Source of the DNA: a phage | Sequence record: OZ335964.1 | Reading direction: 5' to 3' (one strand) | Length of the DNA: 64,000 bases | Part shown: one piece after another, positions 16,614 through 26,088 of the stretch | Numbering within the stretch: position 1 is the first letter of the stretch | How the letters are laid out: each line of letters begins with the position of its first letter | Translations under genes and position numbers: made by a program | Notes under the pieces: generated by a model | What the model was told of the DNA's origin: nothing | The model's input: only the letters and a program-made list of their open reading frames with translations | The model's database searches: none

Positions 16614-17978
16614 TCAACCCTTCTTAAGTTCTTTAAGATCTTTCTTATATTCCTTCATTGCGGTCGTCTTTGTCCAATACTCATATTCACTATGATGTTT
16701 ATCGGCATCTTTGACCAGTCGATCATACTCTTCTTGAGTAACGCTATACAATGGCATAGAAACGAGCTTATCGGCATATGGACGCAGTTTTTCATGTTCA
16801 TTGATGGATTGCATTACCTCGGCCTTTTTCTTGCCCTGTAGCTCGATTTCGCCCTTAATTACGCGGTCGATAAATTCGGCTTTAGCCATTGCATAATTGT
16901 ATGCTTCCAGTGTTTCGGCTTGCATCAATTCAATGCGTTTATCGACATACCCTAAGCGGATTTCGACGAATCGACGAATCAGGTCGCTAGCTTTCTCGAA
17001 TACTTCAACTAAACCACGTTCATTAACCACTACGATATTCTGGGCTACTAACTGCGTTAGTTTAAAATCCTTCATGATTTGCTCATGTCGAGCGGATTCA
17101 TCTTCGCTTTTGAAATAATCTCGTTTCAGTGTTACTTCAAATCTGAAACCATCCTTAGAGCAACGGTCATTATACGATACAATCAGATCTTTTTCTTCCA
17201 GTGCATCCAGCACCGCTACATATTCTTCACGGTCGAACTTATAAGGAACTTCCGTTATTGTCAGCTTAGTCTTGCCATTTAATTCATATGTACCCTCAAG
17301 AATCACGCCATCGCGATCATCTCGCGGGATAACTTTACCCGTGAATTTCGGGAATTGAACACTAGGTTCTTTATCCAGTTTTCCGGCAAGTGCTAGCTCT
17401 GTGCATTCAATGAGGCTTTCCAGTGAATGCGGTAAAATGTCAGTTTTATACCCTGTAGCAATACCACTAATACCATTAGCCAATACCATTGGCACAACTG
17501 GCAAGTAGAAGGCTGGCGGGATGTGTTCCAGATCTTCGTGCTTAGGTGCGCAATTCATATCTTTATAGATTTTAAAGAAGTTTTCATGCACACGAGCAAA
17601 GATATAACGTGCCGCACCTGCTTTCTGGACTAAACGCGATCCGAAGTTACCTTGACCGTCAAGCAGTGGAGTATTATTGCTCCATGTATTCGCCATGAGT
17701 GATCCGGCTTCTACGGCATTAGTTTCCCCGTGGTGATAACCCAACTCAGCAACACCAGATCCAATATCTGCCATCTTACGGAATTTCTTACGGTCGCCTT
17801 TACTCTTTTGAAGTGCACATTCCATAACAAAGCGTTGCACTGGTTTAAGCCCATCTACCAATTGAGGAATCCCGCGTTCCTCGGCAGAATAGATCGCATA
17901 TTCCTTAGCTTCATTATGTACAATGCTTTCAAGGCTGCGGTAAGTAAATGTGTTTACAATTTGACTAATTTTATCCAT
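16614..17978 (-). CDS. 52: DNA topoisomerase II medium subunit gp52 (GyrA-like)
   Basis: Conserved blocks KPVQRF, GYHHGE, LLDGQGNFGS, HIPPAFYLP, GIATGY; start set to M6 ATG with GAGGTGA SD (track start is GTG). Confidence 0.85.
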   Translation of the reverse strand: MDKISQIVNTFTYRSLESIVHNEAKEYAIYSAEERGIPQLVDGLKPVQRFVMECALQKSKGDRKKFRKMADIGSGVAELGYHHGETNAVEAGSLMANTWSNNTPLLDGQGNFGSRLVQKAGAARYIFARVHENFFKIYKDMNCAPKHEDLEHIPPAFYLPVVPMVLANGISGIATGYKTDILPHSLESLIECTELALAGKLDKEPSVQFPKFTGKVIPRDDRDGVILEGTYELNGKTKLTITEVPYKFDREEYVAVLDALEEKDLIVSYNDRCSKDGFRFEVTLKRDYFKSEDESARHEQIMKDFKLTQLVAQNIVVVNERGLVEVFEKASDLIRRFVEIRLGYVDKRIELMQAETLEAYNYAMAKAEFIDRVIKGEIELQGKKKAEVMQSINEHEKLRPYADKLVSMPLYSVTQEEYDRLVKDADKHHSEYEYWTKTTAMKEYKKDLKELKKG

Positions 17979-17985
17979 CTTCACC

Positions 17986-18348
17986 TCATACACGCTTACA
18001 AATCACATTCTTTACTTTATCAGATTTATCAGCCCAATCCAATAGCCATTTTAACGGAAGGATTGAAACAATAAACGGGGCAGCAATCAAAGCAAACATG
18101 ATACACCGGATAATCAGGAAAACGCAAGTGACAAAACTAGCGATAGTGATCCCGACAAAACAAAATACCATAGAAAACAGAGTAATGATATAGAAAGGCC
18201 AGAATACCCACTCCCGCATCTTAACGCCTTTGTATTCTCTGAATTGCTTAAAATCTACAAACAACTCTCGGATAGACGCGTACAGGACCGAAAAATCATC
18301 TTTCATTGCTCTGAATGAGCAATCTTCTATTTTAGAATGACCTAACAT
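17986..18348 (-). CDS. hypothetical membrane protein (120 aa, at least 2 TM)
   Basis: Long hydrophobic segments (WVFWPFYIITLFSMVFCFVGITIASFVTCVFLII...). Confidence 0.5.
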   Translation of the reverse strand: MLGHSKIEDCSFRAMKDDFSVLYASIRELFVDFKQFREYKGVKMREWVFWPFYIITLFSMVFCFVGITIASFVTCVFLIIRCIMFALIAAPFIVSILPLKWLLDWADKSDKVKNVICKRV

Positions 18349-18350
18349 TA

Positions 18351-18644
18351 TTAACCGCCTTTCATCATTGATACTGGAATTGTTTTCTGATTTGTGTATA
18401 ATTGGCCTACTTCAATTTTTTCTTGAATCACCACAACGTTACAATATCCACTGTCTTTAAGTTTTCTGATAATGACTCGCTTTTGTTCGTCGGTGATAGG
18501 ATTGACTGTTCTCACCAATTCACCGCAAATAATAGCACCATCTTTACAATTACCAGTAACTTTCATGCTACGACCGTGAACAACAACCACATCACCGTAA
18601 ATCACATTTTCGTCGTCGTATTTGGTAATAACCGTGACCGTCAT
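18351..18644 (-). CDS. hypothetical protein (97 aa)
   Basis: ATG with AGAGGGA SD. Confidence 0.5.
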   Translation of the reverse strand: MTVTVITKYDDENVIYGDVVVVHGRSMKVTGNCKDGAIICGELVRTVNPITDEQKRVIIRKLKDSGYCNVVVIQEKIEVGQLYTNQKTIPVSMMKGG

Positions 18645-18659
18645 AATGTATTCCCTCTA

Positions 18660-18682
18660 AGAAAGGCCGCGCAAAGCGGCCT
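18660..18682 (-). terminator. stem-loop / terminator (minus strand)
   Basis: GGCCGC-TTTGC-GCGGCC hairpin followed by TTTCTTAG on minus strand. Confidence 0.45.
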
Positions 18683-18689
18683 ATGTTGA

Positions 18690-19016
18690 TTATTGTTCTA
18701 CAGTATAACCGTTGTTTTCAAGCCATGCAATAACAATCTTTTCACCAATTTCATCGAGCATTTCATCAGAACCATATTCTTTGATGAAAGTCGATGGATC
18801 ATTATTGCTTACTACGTGCTGGATCACAACATGTTCAGGAATTGCGTCTAGCAGTTCGCTATGATCATACTCATTAACGATATCTTCAACACTAACATTA
18901 TTAACCAAATCAACATCATCCATAGTCACAGTAACGCGACCGGACGGACGCAGTGAATATTGGCTACTTTCAACTTCAACATGTGCACTTTCGCAAGTAA
19001 CTTTCATATCAACCAT
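18690..19016 (-). CDS. hypothetical acidic protein (108 aa)
   Basis: ATG with AGAGGA SD. Confidence 0.5.
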   Translation of the reverse strand: MVDMKVTCESAHVEVESSQYSLRPSGRVTVTMDDVDLVNNVSVEDIVNEYDHSELLDAIPEHVVIQHVVSNNDPSTFIKEYGSDEMLDEIGEKIVIAWLENNGYTVEQ

Positions 19017-19030
19017 AATTAATTCCTCTG

Positions 19031-20023
19031 TTAGTAATGGCTAAAACCTTCGGTTACATCTTCAACCACATAGTAACGATGACAGCGCATTTTGGCATTC
19101 GCATAATCTTTCGGGATACTTACAACGTGACGCGGATCAACTTTACATTTAATGATTCTGCCTCGTCCACCGCCATAGTGCGGAATATAGTGTTTCGCTG
19201 CAACATGGAGGCCATTAGAGCAAGTACGGTCATCATCTGGGTCCACGTCTTTACGCTTCATTTTAACCGTGCGCCCTGGGCTATTATCAAACGTATGCGT
19301 AAAGAAATCTTTATAATCAACATCAACACGTTTCCATGCATAGAAACAACCATCTTCCCCGATCTCAATGTCGTTGTGCTCTAAGAAGTCAAACAGACGA
19401 TCTACGGCCTTACGGCTAGGGTTTTTCTTGCACTTCTCAAAGAAGTTCAGATAGTGCGTATATGGCTTATTCTCTTTAATCGACTCCACAACTCGACGAG
19501 TCAGATTATTATCAAGAACAATATTATGATAATACACAATACCATTTTCGATACGGAAAGCGCCGTGATAATATACTTCAACCGCTTTCTTAATGTCAAT
19601 CAGCGTAATTGCTTTAATGAAATCATTCTGCTTAACTGCTTCCAGTGCTTCATTAAAGTTAACATGTGATGGATCAGCAGTATAAACAATGTCACCACAT
19701 GTAATAGTAATAAACTTAGTTGAGGCTATGGCTACGATTTTTGAGGAAGTAGTCACGGGCTTTTTTGCGCGTTCACCGCCTTTTCCTTTACTGGTTTTAC
19801 GGCGTGCTTTACGTTTTTCTAGTGCCTTGCGACCTTCCGCTACTGCGTCTTTCTGAATCAGTAATACACGGGAGGCAGTGCGACGAGATACACCAAATGC
19901 TGCCGCAAGTGCTTCGCGGGTAGTAAACTTACCTTCGCCCCACTGTTTAGCCAGTTTGATTTGTTTTGCAGAGTCCAGACATTGAACGTTACGGTCAGAG
20001 ACGGTGATTTTTGCTTTAGTCAT
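19031..20023 (-). CDS. rIIB: rIIB protein
   Basis: N-terminal HTH plus conserved C-terminal blocks (NPSRKAVDRLFDFL, FYAWK, FDNSPG, DDDRTCSNGLHV, HVVSIPKDYANAKMR, YVVEDVTE); directly downstream of rIIA; start set to M4 (AGAGGA SD abuts M1). Confidence 0.75.
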   Translation of the reverse strand: MTKAKITVSDRNVQCLDSAKQIKLAKQWGEGKFTTREALAAAFGVSRRTASRVLLIQKDAVAEGRKALEKRKARRKTSKGKGGERAKKPVTTSSKIVAIASTKFITITCGDIVYTADPSHVNFNEALEAVKQNDFIKAITLIDIKKAVEVYYHGAFRIENGIVYYHNIVLDNNLTRRVVESIKENKPYTHYLNFFEKCKKNPSRKAVDRLFDFLEHNDIEIGEDGCFYAWKRVDVDYKDFFTHTFDNSPGRTVKMKRKDVDPDDDRTCSNGLHVAAKHYIPHYGGGRGRIIKCKVDPRHVVSIPKDYANAKMRCHRYYVVEDVTEGFSHY

Positions 20024-20039
20024 AGTATTCATTCCTCTA

Positions 20040-20084
20040 TTAGTGGGCGACTCTCGCCGCCCGATTCACATCATTATACCAGAA
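20040..20084 (-). promoter_or_regulatory. candidate rIIB promoter (extended -10 TGgTATAAT) with stem-loop in the leader
   Basis: Minus strand reads TGGTATAAT just after the mini-ORF stop, then GGGCGGCGAGAGTCGCCC hairpin, then AGAGGA SD. Confidence 0.4.
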
Positions 20085-20216
20085 TTATTTTGCTTCTACA
20101 ACCTTGCGGATTGTGCGGTCTGATACATTATAGATTCGTGCCAGTTCGCCTTTAGTCAAGCCGCGAGCGTATTGTTTACGGATGGTTTCTTTCTGGATAG
20201 CGGTCAGTTTAGTCAT
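20085..20216 (-). CDS. small HTH protein (43 aa) between rIIA and rIIB
   Basis: Not in ORF track; ATG with GAGGTGA SD directly after rIIA stop; MTKLTAIQKETIRKQYARGLTKGELARIYNVSDRTIRKVVEAK is a classic HTH resembling the rIIB N-terminal module. Confidence 0.5.
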   Translation of the reverse strand: MTKLTAIQKETIRKQYARGLTKGELARIYNVSDRTIRKVVEAK

Positions 20217-20227
20217 AATATCACCTC

Positions 20228-22336
20228 TTAAAATTTAACATTCTTAACCAGTTTCATAAAGTCTTGTGCTCGTTTGTCGTTGTGCAGAATACGATACCAG
20301 TTATCTACAATATCATACAGTAACGGGCTATTCTCTTTAAACTTCGCACAAACTGCTTTAATTCGTTCGTTTGCTGCCGTGAATTTTTCATCACAAATCT
20401 TTTTAGTTTCTTCGTCCATAATCCAACGGGTGTGAAGGAGTAACTTGGAAACCACTTTATTATAATGACGACCGTACAGTCTGTCAATAAATTCTGGAAC
20501 ACAGCGTTCTAATTCATCGTCATGATACAACATAGTGATCACACCCAGATATTCGCCATACCCCAGATGATTGGTCTTAACCTTCTTAGCCAGACCAGCC
20601 AGCTTACCGCGAACAAATTCTAGCGCACATTCCAGTTGTTCGTCAACGAGATATTTTTGTGTCTCATTACGGGTAATAATATACTTTGTTACCCCGAAGT
20701 AGTCAAGCGCCGTGTGTAATGTATTTTCATTATAGATCGATTGACGGCTACGGCTTTCGAATGCATCACCCACGCGGAACATGTGCAAGCCTGATAACTC
20801 GCGAATCTCTGCCGCTTTCATGTGATGGCTGGTTTTATGCCAACTGTCACCGATCTTTTCCACAATATACACGTTAGGCAGCTTAGGAGTCGCTTCACGC
20901 TGTACACGTTCTGTCTTCTCCGGCTTAACTGCTTTAGCACGCAGGTCGTCGGCCTCGGATACCTTAATCACGGTCATTTCAGATTCATCATAATACTGTT
21001 TGATGTACTCGAAAGTCTCCATATGTTTTTCGTTGTTCTGACGGAACACCAGTACCTTTTTATTGATGCCGTATTCCTGGACCATGCCGTTAAGAGTCAG
21101 TGCACGCAGTTTCGGTTTATCGGTATCATCAATAAGACATGTAATATCTTCTTTATGCATCCATACAAAATGCGTAATGTTGTATTGACTGCTAACGAAA
21201 GCAGGGCGCAATTTACTGATTGTATGTCGAGTACGATACAGAGTATACACTTGACCTTCTACGTCATTAGGCGAATCTTTACCAGCATTAACAAACTTAT
21301 TATAGATTTCTACCGGATCATCCCATTGTCCGATCTTACCCATCTTGCTAATAATATTGCGTTGAGTCGATGAATACTCGCTCATAAATTGCGCAAGTTT
21401 GCGCTCTGTTTTAATGTTGGCGATCTTTTCTTTAACCTTTTCCAACATCATTTCATTGATTTCTGCAATGCGTTTTTCGATGTTCGCTTTAGTCTCAATT
21501 GACAAGTGAACTTCTTCACGCGATGGCATCAGGTCCAGATCACCCAACTCAAAATTAATGTAAATGGTCTGGTGCTGGCGGTTTACAGCTTCTAACCATG
21601 TTCCGCGAACATATTCATACGGGATCGGATACTGGATCTTACCCATGATTGCATATACCACATAGGAATCGTTATCACGTCCATTACACACATAATAATT
21701 ATCAAAGCTAGGGAAATAATTAATTTCGATGGCATTGATATTAGGTTTGTGTTCCCCAAAATGACGCAGTACAAATTGTGCTTCTCGATGCCATGTCTGA
21801 ATATCTTTTTCCTTCACCGGAATAGTGATTTTCAGACCGTTGTCTTCATAGGTCGGTTCGTCGAAAATCTGCACCATTTTCGGCATAGAGTTTTGCACGA
21901 ATGCAGTAAAGCCATAAGCACGACCATTGTAGTAGTTTACGATTGTAAAGGTGTCGGTGTAGCTATAAGCAGATTTCGCACCTAAACCAAAAGATCCGAT
22001 ATAATCATTAGTCTGGTCTTTGGTTGATTCAAAGTAAACAGTAAACAGTTGTTCTAATTCTTTCTTAGACGGAATACCAGTACCATAATCACGCACAGAA
22101 AAATACGGTTCGATTGCAGTCGGTAAATGAATATCAAACGGACGATCTAAGGTTCCGGCTTCTTTGTGAGTGTCGGTAGCATTACATGAATACTCACGGA
22201 CGCAAGCACGCTCACAATATTGATAAGTGTTCTTAGAAAGCACCATAAAAGCCTTGCTACTTGCTTTCAGTGAAAAATCAACCGCACCGCTCAAGTCACT
22301 GCCAAATACTTCTTCATTATCAATATGCATTTTCAT
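20228..22336 (-). CDS. rIIA: rIIA protein (GHKL ATPase-like N-terminal domain)
   Basis: 702 aa; N-box VREYSCNATD and G1-box VRDYGTGIP of a GHKL fold; GAGGATT SD; adjacent to rIIB. Confidence 0.8.
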   Translation of the reverse strand: MKMHIDNEEVFGSDLSGAVDFSLKASSKAFMVLSKNTYQYCERACVREYSCNATDTHKEAGTLDRPFDIHLPTAIEPYFSVRDYGTGIPSKKELEQLFTVYFESTKDQTNDYIGSFGLGAKSAYSYTDTFTIVNYYNGRAYGFTAFVQNSMPKMVQIFDEPTYEDNGLKITIPVKEKDIQTWHREAQFVLRHFGEHKPNINAIEINYFPSFDNYYVCNGRDNDSYVVYAIMGKIQYPIPYEYVRGTWLEAVNRQHQTIYINFELGDLDLMPSREEVHLSIETKANIEKRIAEINEMMLEKVKEKIANIKTERKLAQFMSEYSSTQRNIISKMGKIGQWDDPVEIYNKFVNAGKDSPNDVEGQVYTLYRTRHTISKLRPAFVSSQYNITHFVWMHKEDITCLIDDTDKPKLRALTLNGMVQEYGINKKVLVFRQNNEKHMETFEYIKQYYDESEMTVIKVSEADDLRAKAVKPEKTERVQREATPKLPNVYIVEKIGDSWHKTSHHMKAAEIRELSGLHMFRVGDAFESRSRQSIYNENTLHTALDYFGVTKYIITRNETQKYLVDEQLECALEFVRGKLAGLAKKVKTNHLGYGEYLGVITMLYHDDELERCVPEFIDRLYGRHYNKVVSKLLLHTRWIMDEETKKICDEKFTAANERIKAVCAKFKENSPLLYDIVDNWYRILHNDKRAQDFMKLVKNVKF

Positions 22337-22350
22337 AATATAATCCTCAC

Positions 22351-22608
22351 TTAATTAAAATCTTCTTTGTCCATCTCTGCGTAGATTGCATCCCACGCCC
22401 ATAAATCAATAAACGCATTATATGTCACGGTGCAATCGTTGTCAATCACTTCTTTCGCATATTTCTTGATGTTTTCGTAGGAAACTTGCGGATTAATTTT
22501 GTTCTTCCGAAGGTGCGCATATTCATACCTCAAACATTTCATAAACAGGTCCATCGATTTCTTTTCTCGATGACACTTGGCGATCATAAAATCAAAACTT
22601 CGACTCAT
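22351..22608 (-). CDS. hypothetical protein (85 aa)
   Basis: ATG with AAGGAG SD. Confidence 0.5.
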   Translation of the reverse strand: MSRSFDFMIAKCHREKKSMDLFMKCLRYEYAHLRKNKINPQVSYENIKKYAKEVIDNDCTVTYNAFIDLWAWDAIYAEMDKEDFN

Positions 22609-22619
22609 TTTTCTACTCC

Positions 22620-22814
22620 TTACACATTTTCAATCACCCATTGCAGATGGGCTTCTTCGGCAACCAGTTCAGCGCGGCTTTTCTCTAAGCACTTGCTGTA
22701 TTCTTTACGTTCCCACTCGGCAATTTCGTTTTTCAGGACTTCTTCATAGTAAGCAATTACTCCTTTCAGGTCTGAAACTTTACGGTTTGCCAATTCGATG
22801 TAATGGTTACGCAT
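22620..22814 (-). CDS. hypothetical protein (64 aa)
   Basis: ATG with AAGGAG SD. Confidence 0.45.
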   Translation of the reverse strand: MRNHYIELANRKVSDLKGVIAYYEEVLKNEIAEWERKEYSKCLEKSRAELVAEEAHLQWVIENV

Positions 22815-23001
22815 TTTGATTCTCCTTTGTTACTAGATAACGAATTTGGTCTTGCATTGCGATCAGTTCCCAGCGTGCTACTTTCATCATGGAAACTGAC
22901 TCTTTGAACATAATATTAGCTTTTTCCTTCTCCCCTGTCAAGTAGATTTCTGCAATTTTTTCACAAAATTTTTGAGTTTCTTCATTCTTAAACGGTTTCA
23001 T
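22807..23001 (-). CDS. hypothetical protein (64 aa)
   Basis: Track ORF starts at TTG; first ATG is M4. Confidence 0.45.
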   Translation of the reverse strand: MKPFKNEETQKFCEKIAEIYLTGEKEKANIMFKESVSMMKVARWELIAMQDQIRYLVTKENQNA

Positions 23002-23025
23002 ATAAGTCAACCTTTTGTTTTCGAT

Positions 23026-23060
23026 GGGGACATTATGATATATCCCCGATCCAGTGACAA
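23026..23060 (-). promoter_or_regulatory. early promoter/stem-loop cassette (variant)
   Basis: Minus strand reads TTGTCA-N7-GGGGATATATCATAATGTCCCC, with CATAAT as -10 inside the palindrome. Confidence 0.4.
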
Positions 23061-23067
23061 CAGATTT

Positions 23068-23367
23068 TTAATCTTTTTTCAGTGCATCCATTACTCGCTC
23101 TGCGATCAGTTCTCGTAAGCACTGATAACCATGATATTTGATGGCAATGTCACGCAGATCATTAACCAGTTCCCGTACTTCATGGTCTTTCAGATCGTCT
23201 CTGTATTTCGATTTAATCGTATCTTTAGGTGGATTGCGGATAACCTGAAAACCTTGTTCTGCAATCACTGCGGCTTCTCGCTGGCGTTCATGCTGTACTG
23301 TATTTTTGATCAGGTCTGCTTCCATGAACTTTGCCATACTCATCATCATGTTATTCTTTTTGCTCAT
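23068..23367 (-). CDS. hypothetical protein (99 aa)
   Basis: Track ORF trimmed to M13 with GAGGA SD. Confidence 0.5.
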   Translation of the reverse strand: MSKKNNMMMSMAKFMEADLIKNTVQHERQREAAVIAEQGFQVIRNPPKDTIKSKYRDDLKDHEVRELVNDLRDIAIKYHGYQCLRELIAERVMDALKKD

Positions 23368-23390
23368 TATTAAATCCTCATAAAAGAAAA

Positions 23391-23429
23391 GGGAGACTCC
23401 CATTATAGAGAATCTCCCTTGTATGTCAA
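23391..23429 (-). promoter_or_regulatory. early promoter/stem-loop cassette (variant)
   Basis: Minus strand reads TTGACA-tacaa-GGGAGATTCTC-TATAAT-GGGAGTCTCCC. Confidence 0.5.
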
Positions 23430-23989
23430 CTAAAATTTAAAGATGCAAACTCCCCGTGATGAATTTTTGCATATTCATCATATGCTCTAGCGGCTTCCTC
23501 CTGAGTAGCAAACGATCCTATGTATTTTCTGTATCCGTTTATCCTTATTTGTGCTTGCCACGGTCTTTTGCTAGATCCTTTGCGATGAGTAACACCATTA
23601 TATATGCTCGTGCACCCGTCCATTTTCTTTTTATTGTACATGTTTTGTTGTTGTGTTGCCTCCCGTAAATTTGGTGGATTGTTGTTTTCTGGATTCCCGT
23701 CTATGTGGTCTATTACCTTAACCTGTGTTCCATATTCAAGAAACCAGACAATTCTATGTACAAGATATGTAGATGTTCTCTTTTTAACCTTATTGTAAAC
23801 ATCTATTGCCAAATGACCGTAATTTAACTTTTTTGTTTTTACTTTATCACCGACTCGGTAGAAATATCCCTCTGGTAGACCATTAAAAGACGGACTATTT
23901 GTTTTGTGATATAGAACACCTTCCGTGTGTTCAAATCTGCGTTTTAATTCCTCTTGAATTTCAGTATTCCAAAATTTCGCACTTTTCAT
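23426..23989 (-). CDS. HNH homing endonuclease (HNH_3 + AP2 domain)
   Basis: IDHIDGNPENNNPPNLREATQQQN HNH motif; C-terminal AP2-like GVTHRKGSSKRPWQAQIRINGYRKYIGSFATQEEAARAYDEYA; ATG 1 nt after the topo II large-subunit stop. Confidence 0.8.
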   Translation of the reverse strand: MKSAKFWNTEIQEELKRRFEHTEGVLYHKTNSPSFNGLPEGYFYRVGDKVKTKKLNYGHLAIDVYNKVKKRTSTYLVHRIVWFLEYGTQVKVIDHIDGNPENNNPPNLREATQQQNMYNKKKMDGCTSIYNGVTHRKGSSKRPWQAQIRINGYRKYIGSFATQEEAARAYDEYAKIHHGEFASLNFS

Positions 23990-23990
23990 A

Positions 23991-25814
23991 TTATGACGCC
24001 ATCCATGCCTTCCTCATGTCTGAATCTTCACTATAGAGCAAATCGAATAGCTCTTTATAGTTTTCCGGTAACGTGATGATTTCCATTACAGGATCGTTGA
24101 TCACGCGATGATAATCTGATTCTGTAAGCGATGCTAACCCTTTGATATATCGAATGTTGTAACCTTTGATATTATCGCGATCGTTCTCGAAATCTTCTAG
24201 GTCATAATACCATCGAACATCATCACCTTTCTTTGGTTCCGCAATGATAATAGGTGTTTTGATAAACCGGATTCGTCCATCTTCGAACAATTCAGGCCAA
24301 CGAGCAAAGAAAGAGATCAGACTAGGTTTAATAGACCCGATGCCGTCAGTATCAGCGTCAGTCATAATCGCAATATTTTTGTATTGCATAACTTCCAGCG
24401 CATCAACACCAAATTGCAAACCAGTGATCGCCATGATGTTAAAAATTTCGGCGTTCTTAACGATCTTTGCCTCCGGTTGTTCCCACGTTGTAAGAGTTTT
24501 GCCTCGCAACGGGAAACCGCCATGTAAATCTTGATCACGTACAGAGATCAGATAGTTGATCGCGGAATCACCTTCCGTCAAAAACAGGGTAGTTTCTGCG
24601 TCAGTTCCAATAAGGTTAGCTTTAACGTGTTTTGCTACCTTAGCCCGTTTTGCTGCCTTTGCTGCCTTAGTCGCTGCCGCTTTATCTGCTGCCTCTTTGC
24701 GTGCCAAAACTACAGCAATAATAGGCATGATAATGTTTTCTTTCTTCGCAATGACTTTAGCCAGTTTTTTAAAATCCAGATCAATGTGTCGCTTGATATC
24801 ACCAGTTGGATTAGTCAAGCGTTCTTTTGTCTGTGAATCAAAACGAAGGTTAGGCAATTCACGAACAATAAGAATACAGGTCAATCCAGACTTAACCGCA
24901 GCTTTAGTAACATCAACCTTATATTCTTTCTTGATTCGTTTTACAATCTCTTCACAAAGATCATCTGTCACGTAGTCTACGTGTGTTCCCCCGTTTTTGG
25001 TAAACAGACCATTAGCAAATGATACTGATTTAAAACCTTCACCTTCAACCGCAGGAACTAGGGCAAGTGAAAAGTTTTTATCTTCAATGACAAACGGATC
25101 ATCATTGTATAGTTTAGCATAATCCTTGAACTTACTAACAATACGTTTACCATTAAACTTAAACGTGATCTTAGGAAAGATTACGCTCAATGATTGCAGA
25201 CGATCATGAACAATATCTAAAACAGAGTTGTCCATCATATAACCTTCGAAGTGGTCGAAGTCTGGGCAAAATGTAACCTTTGTTCCCTTCAATTTTGATG
25301 GTTTTGATGACCATGTGATATTTTCAGCACCGTTTGTGCACTGTACGGTCATTTCTGTTTCGCCGTCACAGGTCACACCAGTAAACCAATCGCTAAAGAA
25401 ATTTGACAACGACGATCCTACGCCGTTCATCCCTTGCGTGAGTCGATTTGTATCATCAAAGTTAGACCCTGCTTTTGTTCGTGTCCAAGCGGCTACAGGT
25501 TGCGGAATCTGCGTGCCCTCTGGGGTAGTAACCATATGTTGAGGAATACCGCGACCATTGTCTGTTACCGTAACAATATTGTTTTGGATATCGACGCTAA
25601 TCACATTGGCAAATTCAAAGTTAGTGCGGATCGCCTCGTCTACAGAGTTGTCGATGATCTCATCAATGATTTTAACCAGTCCAGGAACGTATGAAATTTT
25701 TGTCCACTTACCGAACAGGAAACGTTGATGTTCTTCGTATGTAGTTGACCCTATGTACATCCCAGCACGCTTAAGGACATGTTCACGATCAGATAAAATG
25801 CGGAACTCACTCAT
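23991..25814 (-). CDS. 39: DNA topoisomerase II large subunit (GyrB-like; gp39 and gp60 fused)
   Basis: 607 aa; GHKL N-box IIDNSVDEA, G1 DNGRGIP, C-terminal TOPRIM (LFLTEGDSA, IMTDADTDG); contiguous frame, so no gene-60-type split or bypass. Confidence 0.85.
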   Translation of the reverse strand: MSEFRILSDREHVLKRAGMYIGSTTYEEHQRFLFGKWTKISYVPGLVKIIDEIIDNSVDEAIRTNFEFANVISVDIQNNIVTVTDNGRGIPQHMVTTPEGTQIPQPVAAWTRTKAGSNFDDTNRLTQGMNGVGSSLSNFFSDWFTGVTCDGETEMTVQCTNGAENITWSSKPSKLKGTKVTFCPDFDHFEGYMMDNSVLDIVHDRLQSLSVIFPKITFKFNGKRIVSKFKDYAKLYNDDPFVIEDKNFSLALVPAVEGEGFKSVSFANGLFTKNGGTHVDYVTDDLCEEIVKRIKKEYKVDVTKAAVKSGLTCILIVRELPNLRFDSQTKERLTNPTGDIKRHIDLDFKKLAKVIAKKENIIMPIIAVVLARKEAADKAAATKAAKAAKRAKVAKHVKANLIGTDAETTLFLTEGDSAINYLISVRDQDLHGGFPLRGKTLTTWEQPEAKIVKNAEIFNIMAITGLQFGVDALEVMQYKNIAIMTDADTDGIGSIKPSLISFFARWPELFEDGRIRFIKTPIIIAEPKKGDDVRWYYDLEDFENDRDNIKGYNIRYIKGLASLTESDYHRVINDPVMEIITLPENYKELFDLLYSEDSDMRKAWMAS

Positions 25815-25913
25815 TATTAAACCTCTTCATAACATAACCATAACTTACTGCAACCGCCACAAAGACGGCTGCAACAATCATATTAAAAATTGAGTGATTG
25901 TCAAGTATATGAC

Positions 25914-26087
25914 TCATGACACGCGCACATTTTTATCGTAATACCCGCCATTAATCCCGCGCGGGGCAGTCAATCCCTGTTTGCATTCTTTACCGCATTC
26001 AGGGCATTCTGCCTTTTCACGCTCGGAAATTTTGCGGATTTTCTGAAATTGACCGTGTTCTTCACAAGAATAATCGTATAATGGCAT
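25914..26087 (-). CDS. small zinc-ribbon protein (FmdB-like, 57 aa)
   Basis: Track ORF trimmed to M28; YSCEEHGQF...CPECGK pairs of cysteines. Confidence 0.5.
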   Translation of the reverse strand: MPLYDYSCEEHGQFQKIRKISEREKAECPECGKECKQGLTAPRGINGGYYDKNVRVS

Positions 26088-26088
26088 A

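Noticed and set aside
20033-20084. MotA-box middle promoter upstream of rIIB
   Set aside because: Only an AAGCAAA segment (the complement of TGCTT) is present in the wrong orientation, and no motA gene was found in the window; the region is called only a candidate extended -10 promoter.
23991-25814. Gene 60-type split or translational bypass in the topo II large subunit
   Set aside because: GHKL and TOPRIM domains are in one uninterrupted 607-codon frame; the HNH gene lies downstream, not inside.
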